NCBI RefSeq assembly: GCF_018977255.1
Contig: NW_024704758.1
Coordinates: forward strand, 3,906,001 to 3,970,000
Reading direction: 5' to 3'
DNA from: Callorhinchus milii
Taxonomy: Eukaryota
DNA length: 64,000 nucleotides
Under the pieces are notes generated by a model that had not been told where the DNA came from, did not search any database, and saw nothing but the letters and a program-made list of their open reading frames with translations. Made by a program: the position numbers and the translations under genes. Positions 1-23,752 of this stretch are shown piece by piece (position 1 is the stretch's first letter; every line of letters starts with the position of its first letter).

Positions 1-1
1 C

Positions 2-11509
<11,508 letters not shown>

Positions 11510-12807
11510 GGCGGCCCTGTCTGTGAGGCGATGCCAACAACTCAGCTCCACTCCTCTCCCGTTCACTCGGAATCGCGCTCCCGCCGCACTGGTCATGTGA
11601 CCAGAGCCAGCGACACGGGGGCTTCGGGGCACCGCCATCTTTGATAAAGGCAGACTGTGGCGCCATCTTTGATTATGGCAAGTCATGCCACCTTCTACGA
11701 TCAATTGTTAAATATAGCATAAACCAGGGAGACAAAAAAATTGCGGGCTTAAGTCCTGTGTTGGCGACTTTGAGCTCACAGTCTATAAGTTGGCATTCCA
11801 GTGGAGTGCAGTGGGAAACACTACATTGGTGGAGGTGCCATCCTTCCAATAAGACATTAACCTTAGGTACCTCTGCCTATTCAGGTGGATTTTAATAAAA
11901 AATAATCCTGGCATTTGATATTGCGCCTTATCACATTTTTAAGACGTCTCAAAGTGTTTCACAGAACATACTGTAAAGTGAATTGTATATTCTGTGGACG
12001 AAACATAGCAGGCAATTGTGCACAGCAGTGTCCCACAAACAGTCGTAGATTGAGTCACCAAGTTATTTTTGAAGGAATTATTACCCTCAGAAAAACAATC
12101 GACTAACAACCTGGTGCCCACTTATTGCTAGGTAAATACTTACTGCGTGTGGAGTTTCACCCTGCCTGGCAATCGAAGATATTTTGATGTGATAGATGCT
12201 ATATCAACTGTACTGATTATTATTAAAAATTCTAAAGTCCTAACAAGTAGGGTGGTCCTAGCCAGAAAAGCAGCAGAAAACTTGCCAGACAGTGCTCTCA
12301 ATTGTAAGCCATCCGTTTTTATTAGCTGGTTAAAATAAGCAATAATCCCAACACATACTCTGGTGTCTCCAAGCTCGATTCTTGCCAAACACTCTCCAGG
12401 AGCTACAATCTCACAAAAAGCCAAGTTGCTATATATCCATCAGTAAGTACGAGTTAAGGTTATAACTGAGCATGAAAGTTAGCAAAACTTTTCTTCCAGT
12501 GGGTACTAGGATGCAGAACAAAAAGTCAGGGGCTGAAGCAGAGTTAATTGGAAGAATTTAGAAGGAAATTAGATAAGCTCATATGGAGGAAAAGTGGACA
12601 GGTGAGCAAAGAGGAAATTAAGGTGAGTCCTCCAGCATTGGAGGAGCAAACAAAGACACTACGCAATGGATAGAATGGCCTTCTGCTGTGTCATAGATTT
12701 CTGTGCTTCTAAAAGCAAACCCCTATAAATCCCCAGAAACTTACACACCAGCTTAATGTAGGGTTTTAACACCCCCTCCCCTCAGCAGCAGACATTGATT
12801 GTACAGA

Positions 12808-12813
12808 TTTATT
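12808..12813 (-). terminator. candidate CYB561A3 polyadenylation signal (AATAAA)
   Basis: TTTATT on the + strand about 1.56 kb downstream of the CYB561A3 stop. Confidence 0.45.
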
Positions 12814-14372
12814 GCAACCAACCACTATAAAAGGACAAAGTGCAGTTCATCCATTGAATAAATTCAGAATTACAATATTTCCTAGTTCACATAGTAAATA
12901 TATTTGAAAAACAATTAGATTCAATTACATCTTAAATACATCTAGATCATAATTTCTATCCATTTGTTGTTGCAGTAGCAGTAGTAGATCAGGGGGGAAA
13001 GATGTACTACTGGACGGATTTAGTGCTTGAGTGTGAGGAAGACCAGTGCTGGAGAAAGACATTGTCCATCATTTACACACAAGGTTGACATTGATCATCA
13101 AAATCAATATCCCCCTCAAGACCTTGACAGGAGATGTGCATTACATCAACGTGGGCTAGATTCATAGTGGGGTCTGAGAGGTGAAAAGATTGGACTAATT
13201 CTGGCACCATCCACCCGCAGACAATCTCTTTAAGAGAACTTCATTATAAAACAGAGGAAGGAGGATTTAGCAGTTCAACTACTTATTATTGGAATAAACC
13301 TAAAGGGTATAAATCAATGTCACTGGCCTGGCTGCGTACATAATCATATTTGGTAGCCGATCATAAAATCAAAGAATCCATTCACCCGCAACACACAGTC
13401 ATTGCACTTTATAGTAAATCCTGTGAAGTGCATTGGGGCATGATGTGAAAGATATTATACAATTATTATATTCAATCCTCTTGGACTATCACAGCAAAAC
13501 AATTAGCTCCTTACGTTAGTCACACAAATCCTGATTAGAGCTGGCCGTCAACATTGGTAAATAGAGTGCGTGGAGGGCGCTATGTAAGTGCAAGTTGTTG
13601 TTGTAGCAACCCAGAAGCTGACTCCTTTCCATTGATAAGGGCAGTTGTGTTCACTGGGTACAAGAAGCCAGTGCGTGATTCATGGACAGGAGCTGGACGG
13701 TATCAGATATTCCTGAATCAGCTTTGATTAATTTTCATCTGCCAGAAGTGGCTAAAAAGAAAGAAAACATTAACTTGGACAATCAGTTTTGACCCTTCAT
13801 ATGTCATCCAGTCAAAAATGATCAGAAATTTTGCTTTATTGAAAGAATATGAGTCGTTTAGAGTAGAGTTCCAGTGGGTAGCGAGCACCAGAATAGACAC
13901 AATAGGTCAAATGACCTCCTGTGCTGCAATTTCTAGGATTCTATGTTTTGAAGAGAACAGAAAGTTGCTTTTCTTCCCACCCTCTAATTCTCTCTCTCTA
14001 TCACTCTGACTTGACTACAGCTCCAGTGCACTTAACAGAGAGTGATGTGAAATACTACTTACAGCATGACATAAACACACCACTGCCCATAGGATTATTT
14101 CCATTTTGGTCTGGCTGAGTTACAGAAAGCCTTTATATCGTGGGGGGTTGGGTAGGGCGGGGTGGGGGGGAGAGAGAGAGAAGAGGGAATAAAAACATTA
14201 GAAGCGTATTCAACCTCTCACAGTCGTTCAGAGACCGCAGGTCTGAGCAGCCAGTTTATTATACTTCAAAGAACTGCCAGCAACCCTTCTCCCCCACTCT
14301 AACTCCCCTAAAATATATACAAGAGGATGTGTACAGAGGTTTCCTTTGGACCCAAAGGGAACTATCACCCCA

Positions 14373-17300
14373 TCACCACTGCCCATCACTATCTGTGTAC
14401 AGTACCTGCAAAGTCTCAGTTTCTTGTGGGGTTTTCCGTCGCCATTCACGCTTGTAGAGCATCCAGGTAACAGTCCCTGAAAAGCCCAGCAGAAGCACAC
14501 CCAGAACATTGACAAACACAGCCTCGGAGGGAAGCTGGGCATATGGAGCAGTTGAGTTAGGGGTGTTTCTAGAGAAAAGAGCAAGGTTAACTTTAGTCCA
14601 CAGTGGGATGACTCCCTGCAGGAACCAAACAACGTACATAGAATTTCTTCCACACACAGCGACCATTGTATCTCCAAGGGTTCCCCCATTGCCTGAGAAT
14701 TTTTGGCCAGGCAGTCAGTTAACAGCTTTTAGTCTTTTCTCATTTGGAAGTTTCATCCAGTGTCCTGGTTAACAATGCCCTCAGATAAAATTGGTCACTT
14801 ACTTCATGGCTCTTTGTGGGACATTGCAAATTGGCTGCCGTATCCGGCTACAAAATAACGTGCGTGTTTGTCCCCAAAATACACAGTCACTACACTTCAT
14901 AGTCTTTCTGTCGGGAAAAGCTCTATGTTAAATGCAAGGTTATTATAGTAGTATTTTATTCCATTCACTTACAGTACAAAAATTAACTTCTCATTGATTC
15001 CTGAGTGACACGCAACAAGCGACAGTCCCATAATGCAGATTCCGAAGAAGACGTGAATGTCTAAGTAGGCGGCTCGGAACCAGAGTGGAGTACAAGGCAG
15101 CAGGAATGACAGGAACCCCAGCAGCCACTGTGGATCAATGGGGAGGAGGGAGAAAACAATTAGAACAGTGCGAAGCCCAATGATCAGCCACGACAGGAAC
15201 CAGATCCACATCTGCATCTTTCAGGACTGCTGTACAATTGGAAGGAGGTTTGCTGCAAACCATGGCCAATGCTCCCTCAGTAAAGGGGCAGGCGTTTTGA
15301 ACCATTGCTGAATGGAACCGTTTTTATAAACCGTTCTATAATTACAATGAATAATGAATGAACTCTCTCAGTATCAATTACTATCATCACTGCATTTAGG
15401 CACAGATTGCTCAGTCCTCACATGATCCAAAATGTTGGAGCAGGACAACAAGTGTCAGAATCTGAACAAGATTATCCGGTGGGAGGTAAGCAGAGTCTCC
15501 TTGGAACCAAGCTGTCTCCAAGGCGATGTGCTGGGCAATGGAATGTCAGAATCGAGTTACTCTTCTGTGACAATCTTCAGTCCAGTTTCTGAGTTAAACA
15601 GATCCGCAGTATTCCAGTGCACTGCTGATGACAGCACAAACAGCCTGGCTCACTGGCAGGACTTGGAGGGGCAAACCAGTCACTGGGAGCAGGGATTCTT
15701 CCCACTCAGCTCTCGTCAACCCTAAACACCCTACTCTTAATCATGAGCTTTGTGGTTTTATCTGGGTAAACTCCAGCAGTACCCAATCACACACTCTGGC
15801 TTGGCTCTTGCCTCCTGCGCCAAATATTCTCCAGAATTAGGTAAACAGGGTACATCCCTCCAGGGAGAGTGCACATTCATTCCAGACATGGAGAAATTTT
15901 CATGTATAATTGGCATATATACGTGGAACTCTCAGGCTGGTTTAGATAGTCTTAAACATGGTGATGAGTTTCTCCATATGTCAGACACTCGGCTGACCAA
16001 ACAACAGATCTGATTGCCAGGTTCAATCCATCACCTGCCTGAAATATTAACCCGTTTCAGATACGACAGGTGTCAGCCATGCTCAGTTGATAACACTCTC
16101 TCCTCTGTTACAGGTTCAAATCCCACGTCTGGAATTAAGATCACAGTCTAGGCTGAGTGTGGAGTATATGAGCAGAGATTTAAGGTAATCGCCAAAAAAG
16201 GACAACGTCTTAGTATAATAGATACAAGGTGAGAAGAAAAGGTTTGAGGTGAAAGATACAAAAACATCTCTCTCTCTGACCAAACGCATAGTCAAAGAGA
16301 TGAATTTCTGCAGAGAGTTACACAGAGGTCGTATTGACTAGGTTCTCACCAGGAGAGGCCTGATTTGGGCTCTTACCTGGAAGCAGAAGAGGATGACCAC
16401 TGAGAGTCCCACCCAGCTGTGTATCGAGTACAAGTTCGGGATCTGGTTCTTATTGTGGAATTCAAACACTGCAACTAACCCGGTGACAGCCAGCGACAAG
16501 ACGAGGAGATTCAGGGTGGCATGGGCCAGCTTCACTAGCAGCTTGTGGCTGGACTGGGTGAAGGGAAGCCGATACACCAGGACAGCTGCCAGAGACATAC
16601 ACAGTTAGCCCCACACATTTCCTCCCCATAGACCTTGACAGACAGCACCCTAACCTATGTGTTGTCTTGTACAGAATAACCCTTTATAGCATTGAATAAA
16701 CTTCTACCACTTTTTGCAGTTATTCACTTATCACTGACTGACAATAAATTGCATTTATACAGCACCTTTCACATAGGATGAATGCTTCTAAGCACTTTAC
16801 AAGACTAATGGGATCACAGAGCAGGGAGGAGCGGGGCTGAGAGTGGTGACCTGATCAAAGCCAAGTTTACTGGATGGGGGTGGCCATTAGTGGCACCACC
16901 TATCCCTCATTCTCCGCACTGCCTCTAACGTGGTAGTACAAGGCAGGAGGCAGAACAGAGAGCGGTGAGAAGAGAGACAGAACGGACGGTAAAGGCACCA
17001 CATATACACCTAAAGGTGGGGGGTGTGGGGTTGTATCTGAAGCTTAATAGTGGCAGAGATTAGCACCGAGCAGGGAGAGAGGGGTGGTGCCTATAGCCTT
17101 GGTCGAAGAGGAAGGTCTTCAGATGTGATCTGACAGTGGGCAAAGATGGGGACAAAACAGTGTCAGCTATACCATATGGAGAGCTTTCTCACACAAATCC
17201 TGCAGACCAATGTACAGGTTTCTATCACTAAGGCCCCTGATAACCAATGTTTGTAACTAGCATTGTGAACTCACCATTGCCATAGAGAACAACAAGTCCG

Positions 17301-17461
17301 GTCACCATGCATACAGGGTGCCAGTTAAACATCTTCCCCGATCCATCCCAGGCAAAGCCTCCCCTGTATTGCTTATTCCAGTAGATCACGAATGTCACAC
17401 ACAGCAGCCCAAGGAGGAGAGAACAAGTGTAGGTAAGGTAGAACTGCGAGCTGCTCTTCAT
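14373..17461 (-). CDS. CYB561A3: cytochrome b561 family member A3 (lysosomal ascorbate-dependent ferric reductase), 248 aa
   Basis: Join 17275-17461, 16377-16585, 14973-15127, 14373-14568 (747 nt), all GT-AG. Motifs FNWHPVCM, KLAH, NLYSIHSWVGL and IHVFFG supply the four heme His ligands. Syntenic with DDB1 and TMEM138. Confidence 0.93.
15530..16005 (+). repeat. unclassified interspersed repeat (copy 1)
   Basis: Shares blocks (gcactgctgatgacagcaca, gcagggattcttcccactcag, actccagcagtacccaat, catggtgatg...gtgtcagacac) with 27650-27960, 45380-45910 and 49160-49540. Confidence 0.7.
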
Positions 17462-17800
17462 CTTGACCCTGTTTAACACACAACAGAAAAGAACAAACAT
17501 CTGTAATTCTCCTGGGAGCTTTATTTTTGGCTGTCCGGGTGTCTGACACTTGCAGAAACTACTGTGCTTTCAAACTTGACTGAGTCCCTTCCAAATATGT
17601 ATGCCATCTACACAAGGAAATGTAGTTGTGTCTGCAATTGAATGCACTCTCTCTCCCTGGAGGGATGCACTCCAATCACCTAATTCTAGAATGTATTAAT
17701 AATAATAATCTTTGCATTTGATATAGCGCCTTATCACGTCTTCAAGACGTCTCAAAGCACTTCACAGAATATATTGTAAAGTGAATTAACTGTATATTTT

Positions 17801-18175
17801 AATAATAATAATAATCCTTGCATTTGATATAGCGCTTTTCACGTCTTCTAGACGTCCCAAAGCACTTCACAGAATGTACTGTGAAGTGAATTGACTGGAT
17901 ATTTGTGGGAGAACGCGGCAGCCAATTGCGCACAGCAGTGTCCCACAAACAGTCATGGATTGAGTGGCCAAATTGTTTTTTAAAAAAAAGGAATTATTAC
18001 CCCTGGAAAAGCGATCTGCCAATCGACTAACAAACGGGTTCCTAGTTACTGCTAGGTAAACAGAGGCGTATGAAATAAGGAAACTTGCCGAACATTTTGT
18101 CCTGCCCAGGAATTGAACCCAAGCCGTCTTGCTTGCGAGGCGAGTGCTCCAACCATTGAGCTACAGAACTCGTCC
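17801..18175 (-). mobile_element. tRNA-derived SINE
   Basis: Reverse complement of the 9544 SINE subfamily, with a (TTA)n tail. Confidence 0.85.
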
Positions 18176-19284
18176 ATGATAAAGAGCTATATCAAATGCC
18201 AGATTATAATATAATATCGATTTAACATCTCATCCAAAGTACAGCACCTCCGACAATGCAGCGCTCCCCCAGCTCTACAATGGAATGTCAGCCTAGTCTC
18301 AATGTGAGACCTGAACCCACAACTGCCAGACTTAGAGGTTAGAAAATGTGTATATTTTAAAAAGTTAGCTTCAAAGGGGATTTAAACATGCAACTTATCT
18401 GCAAACACAGGCTGATCTCAAACCATGGTTTGATGCCTTGGTTAATACCTTCAGCAGTCCAGATTCTCTAAGGTCTTGGTTTATAGAACAAAACCAGTGA
18501 TTGGCAGTCTCTGATGATGGATGTGGACAATCCTCTGATCACAGGATTTATACTCAGCACAAATCTTTGGAGTTATTTAGTGACTTATACACACTGCACT
18601 CATCCCTGGTTTCCCCCTACCACCCCATTGCCAGCATGACGCAGGCTGGAATCACATGAACATATTATCTAACCAAAACAAATTCATTTAACCCTGTTTA
18701 TCTGAAGCTGCTGTGAAGCTTGATTGAATGCATTCCAGATTGTGACCATGGTCTAAAGTGGTGGAGGGCGGTTGAGTCAGAGGATGATATTGACTCCAGA
18801 GATCTGTTTAAAGAGACTGAATCTATTCGTCGCTTTCGTCTACAAATACAAACTTTACAGAAACTTTGTGAAGAGCTTTAAGATGTTTGACGTTTTAGGC
18901 ACTTTATCAAATGCAATCATTATTATCCCTACCCTCTGTCTGAAAGGCATTCATCAGGTGGTAGCAATTCCCTGATCCTTAGGAAACCATATTCGAGCCA
19001 GCAAGTCTCCTCACTACAGACTCTCGTCTGCTGATCAAAATCATTCAAAATAGAACTGGATAAGCACCTGATTACACCGGATAGAAATGCTTCAAACTAA
19101 TTAGTTAATACATTCCCACTGTCTTGTGCATGAAAAAAAACATTGTATGTAATAGTTTATGTAATAGATATTATGCATACAATTATTTACTCAAATACCA
19201 TTAATGCAGAATCATGCACTCGTTTAACATTGTCTGGGATCGCCCAGAATTGAGAGCTGTTCATTCTTAGAACCTTTCATTGAT

Positions 19285-19645
19285 CCTTGTCTTCAAGGCC
19301 CTCCACGGTCTTGCTCCTTCCTAACTCTGTGACCTGCTAACCCCATATCAACCTGTCTGCTCCCTCTGCTCAGCGGGCTCCGGCCTGCTCCACACCTTCA
19401 GCTTCTCTGCCCCCACCCTTTAGAACTCTATCCCAGTCCCTTCGCCTTGCCCCCTCCTTTGCCTCCTTCAAAACACGTTTCAAGAACCTTCTCTTCGACC
19501 GCACCTTGGGCCATCCTCAGACCCCTACCCTCCAACCCCCCCTGATTTCAACCACAAGCTTGGATCCAAAACCCGGACTGTCCAGCGCCTTTGGAGGTCC
19601 TCCTGACATGAAAGGCGCTTTAATAAATGTGATTTGTTGTTGTTG
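19285..19645 (+). mobile_element. L2 LINE 3' fragment
   Basis: Degenerate copy of the 525-965 element with a (TTG)n tail. Confidence 0.75.
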
Positions 19646-19763
19646 AAGTGACTTGACTTTACCCACAATTTCACAGCACCAGCTTAGCTGTGTGTTAACC
19701 AAAGAAGCCATAAAAGATAGTTTTTAAGAGAGCTTTGAAAGCGAGGTGCAAAGGCTTATCTTA

Positions 19764-20100
19764 GAGGAATCCTGGAGCTCAGTGGTTAGAGCACTCGCTT
19801 TGCAAGCGAGAGACCTGAGTTCAGTTCCAGGCAGGTCAGGGCGAAACCTTGGGCAAGTTTCCTTACTCCACACAGAGCCTAATAATAATCCCTCCAAAAC
19901 CAAAAACAATAATAAATTGGTCATTTTCAATCTACGACTGTTTGTGGGACATCGCTGTGCGCAATTGGCTGCCGCGTTCGCCCACAAATATACAGTCAAT
20001 TCACTTTACAGTGTGTTCTGTGAAGCGCTTTGGGACGTCCTCCCGACGTGAAAAGCGCCATATCAAATGCAAGGATTATTATTATTATTATTATTATTAT
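19764..20100 (+). mobile_element. young full-length tRNA-derived SINE (about 320-335 bp)
   Basis: A/B-box tRNA-Ala-like head, Deu-like body, L2-type tail and (TTA)n. Nearly identical to 25207, 36882, 47337 and 53380. Confidence 0.92.
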
Positions 20101-20399
20101 CTGAAGCAAAGAGTAGGACACGTTTCTTGGAAGTCCACACTGCTGCCCAAACACTTCCCGACCGCACCTCAGCAAAGACAATTCCCCCGACAGCTGCCCC
20201 ACAGACTCCCGTGACCGCGCTCTCGGCACAAGACGGGCACAGCAGAGATGCAGTGTAGGGGCATTGCTTTGAGGGACTCGGACAAAGTGACCAAGACATC
20301 AGCAACCGCTCGTGCGATTATTATTATTATTATTATTGTTATTGTTGTTATTGTGCAAACGTAGTGTTGTTGTTATGTTTAACGTCCAATTAAAGGGGC

Positions 20400-21200
20400 C
20401 GTCGCACCCGCAGCCGAACATTTACTCACAAGACGGTGACGGTGACGGCCCCTTTAAGTCCCACTCCGCACAGGAGGGGGTGGGCTCCCCGCACGCCCTG
20501 AGGGCGGGGCCGGTTGACGCCCGCTTGACAGTCGGCCCCTGGACTGATTGCACACCGCTTACCTCGGCGCGAAAGGCTTTTCGGCCCTTGCCACTCGGTG
20601 TTTAAGCGCACATTCCCGCCTTGGCGCGGAGGAGCCGGTCCCCGGTTAAACTGCTGCGCCGCGCATTGCGAGCCCGGAAGCGGCGCGAGGCACTCTGGGA
20701 GTTGTAGTCCCCCCCTCCCCCGCCCGCCCGCGCGCCAGCGGTGCTCGATACCCACACTGCACCGCGCACCCTCCTGCCCACACACGTGACATGGCCTCAC
20801 CCACCCACCCCCCACTCTCCAGCCCCACGTTACCTGACTCGCGGCCTCAGTGACTGTCTCTCTGACTCCAACGTATGTAAGTCGTTCGGGGTCAGTGGTG
20901 CTCTCACCTCTGGGCTCGAAGGTTATTGGATTCCAGCTCCAAATTGCCACTTTGTCAGGGCTGAGGCTCCAGTGATGGGATGGGCTGTGTGACCCTCCTC
21001 TTCGTGTGTGAACCAGGGTCCGGGTGCAGAGCGGCCGGTGGGAGGGAGGGTTTGCTGCTCGGTTTGGGGGTGAGACGTTAAGTGGGGTTCCCGTCTGCCT
21101 GCTTCCCGGGCCACGATTGGAAAAAGGCAGCGGCTCCTCAAACACAATTGGTCATTCACTTCACGGCTGTGTGTGGAACACCGCTGCGTGCAAATCGGCT
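20400..21200. promoter_or_regulatory. bidirectional CpG-island promoter for CYB561A3 (-) and ARMC7 (+)
   Basis: CpG-rich. ZNF143/SBS motif GGACTACAACTCCCAGAGTGC on the - strand (about 20690-20710) and ETS CCGGAAG at 20674-20680. Candidate non-coding first-exon donors: GAG|GTAAG on - at 20563/20562 and TAT|GTAAGT on + at 20876/20877. Confidence 0.72.
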
Positions 21201-21234
21201 GCTGCGTTCATCTACAGACAACAATAGTACTAAC

Positions 21235-21591
21235 CCCCGCATTTGATGTCGCTCCTGATCGGGTTCTTCCGGACGTCTCGAAGCGCTTCACAGAATATAC
21301 TGTCAAGTGAATTGACTGTATATTTTGTGGGCGAAGCTCGGCAGCCAATTGCGCACAGCAGCGTCCCGCAAACAGCCGTGGATTGAAGTGACCAATTTAT
21401 TCGTTTTTTTGAAGAAATTATTACCCCCCAAAATGAGATTTGCCATTCGACTGACCACCGGGTTTCTACTTACTGCTAAGTAAACAGACGTATGGAGTAA
21501 GAAAACTTGCCCAACATTTCGCCCTGCCGGGAATCGAACCCAGGTCTCTTGCTTGAAGGCGAGTGCCCTAACCACTGAGCTAAGGAGTCCA
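21235..21591 (-). mobile_element. tRNA-derived SINE
   Basis: Reverse-complement copy of the 9544 subfamily. Confidence 0.82.
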
Positions 21592-21863
21592 CCTTATACA
21601 GTCATTAGACTTTACTGTAAAATCTGTAAAGGTGCGATATCAAATGCCAGGATGACTAATTACTGTAAAATGCTTTGAGACCTTATAACATGATGGATGC
21701 CACAAATATATAAATGTTTTCCCTTTCTAATTTCTCTTCAAAAGAATTATTGCACACTGCTCCTTGTTACTGTGAGTTTTGTGGCCAATTTATGGAATGT
21801 TCCTATGTTAGTAACCCTGTGCCATTTCCCTGCTCTTTTCCAGTTGAGCTCAGCTGATGCGAG

Positions 21864-23752
21864 ATGTCCATCTCTCGTTTCCTCGCTAGCAAGTCACAAG
21901 GACAAGACCGTTTTGAATACCTCCAGACTTTGGTTACTGAGTTCCAGGACACTGATTCCCAGGGTAGGAAACAACAACAAATTAAATTTATATAGTGCCT
22001 TTCATGTCAGGAGGACTTCCCAAGGAAAGTGAAGCTCACATTTGCAGGGAAGGGCTGGGTAATAATATAATATAAATAATGCTTGATCTAACATCAAAAC
22101 ATCCCAAAGCACTTCACAGAATTTACTGTCAAGTGCAGTGAGTGTGTGTTTTGTGGGTGAAAGCAGCAGTCAATTCATAGAATTATAGAATTATACAGCA
22201 CAGAAGGGGGCCATTCGGCCAATTGTATCTGTGCCTGCTCTTTGAAAAGAGCTATCCAAATCAATCCCACTCCACCACTTTCTCCCAAAATCGTCACAAA
22301 CATTTCCTCCGAACATAATTATCTAGTCTCTTAAAAGTTGTTATCGAATCGGCTTCCACCACCCTTTCAAGCAATGCATTCCAGATCCAAATAACTTGCT
22401 GTGTGAAAAAAGTTATTTTAACAACTATTTTAAATCTGTGTCCTCGGGTTACCGACCCATCTGCCAGTGGAAATGGTTTCTCCTTGTTGAATACCCTCAT
22501 AATTTTGAAAACTTCTATTAAGTCTCCTCTTAACCTTTTCTGCTCCCAAGGAGAATAACCCTAGCTTCTCTAGCCTTTCCTCATAACTGAAGTCCCTCAT
22601 TCCTGGTACCAGCCAATTTGTGCACAGCAATGTCTCACAAGCTGCCATGTAGCGAATGGCTGATTTTACCTGGGGAATTGTAGGCCAGGACACCAGGAGA
22701 AACCACAGAGACCGCAGCTGGGCTCGATCCTATCTACACACAATGCATGTTCCAGCGATGGGGTGGAGACGAAGTTGTCTAGATAACAAACAGGAGCAGG
22801 AACCCTGGCTGATTTTATCCTCCCTGGTCCATGGGTCACTAAAGCCAACTATAATCCTATCTGCTGCCCTCAGTGCTGATAGCTGATCTCAGCCAGGGCA
22901 GTGGTTGGCTTATATTTGGCTTCAGGGGAGATGGCGAGGAAACTGAATACATTTCTTTGGCTGGTGAATAGACCTTTACATTAGTGGACAAAGCTGTAAC
23001 TGAGTACCACATAATGCTCACTCTGCCGAGAGTGATTAGGAGGGTGGGATGGGGGTGCCAGTTGCAGGGTTTTCTGCAGTGCACGAAAGCTAACGTCTTT
23101 TATTTTCACTTTTCAGACTCGAAGGAGCAAATCCTCGCAAACCTGGCTAACTTTGCCTACGACCCTGCCAACTACCAGTACCTTCGCCAACTCCAAGTCA
23201 TCGACCTGTTCCTGGACATGCTCACAGAAGAGAACGAGACATTTATAGAATTTGGCATAGGTACAGAGAGGCACTTGCAGACAGTTTCCCTGTAATTACT
23301 CAGGGTTGGGTTCATAATCAGGTCCCAGCCTTGTAATGGTGGTTTAACCTGGTGTGCCTTTGTCTCTTACAGGAGGTCTCTGTAACCTGTGCTTGGACAA
23401 GGAGAATAAGGAATATATACTACAGAACAATGGGGTTCAGGCAGTAATGAACTGCTTATCCAGCTCGCACGAGGACACAGTCTTGTCTGCCATCACCACC
23501 TTAATGTATCTGATGAGCCCAGCGTCCCGAGAGGCAATCACAGGGCTGCCAGTAGTGGAGTGCATGCTGCGCTTCTCCATCTCCAATCACCGGCGGCTCA
23601 GTAACCTGGCCACCTTGTTCCTAGAGGACTACTGCTCAGCAGAGCAAGTGGCCAGAGCCAGGGACTTACAGAATCACACCGCATTGGGCATCCCCCTTCC
23701 CAAAGGAAAAGCCGACGAGATACTAGATTCATCGCACCACTCAGAGTCCTGA
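21864..23752 (+). CDS. ARMC7: armadillo repeat-containing protein 7, 207 aa
   Basis: Join 21864-21963, 23117-23260, 23373-23752 (624 nt), GT-AG. Translation [67 protein letters not shown]...HTALGIPLP matches ARMC7. Exon 1 is absent from the ORF track. Confidence 0.93.
22176..22610 (-). mobile_element. CR1 LINE 3' end inserted into a SINE tail
   Basis: Matches the 3' part of the 2330-3635 CR1 and has ATTCTAT(A/G) terminal repeats. Flanked by agtcaatt and agccaatt. Confidence 0.85.

Noticed and set aside
19724-20305. Recurrent ORFs such as [15 protein letters not shown] and [16 protein letters not shown] at several loci
   Set aside because: They are chance translations of the same SINE, not a gene family.
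20426-21145. 239-aa ORF across the CpG island (similar ORFs at 24797-25148 and 54597-55309)
   Set aside because: GC-rich promoter DNA is poor in stop codons, and I recognised no domain.
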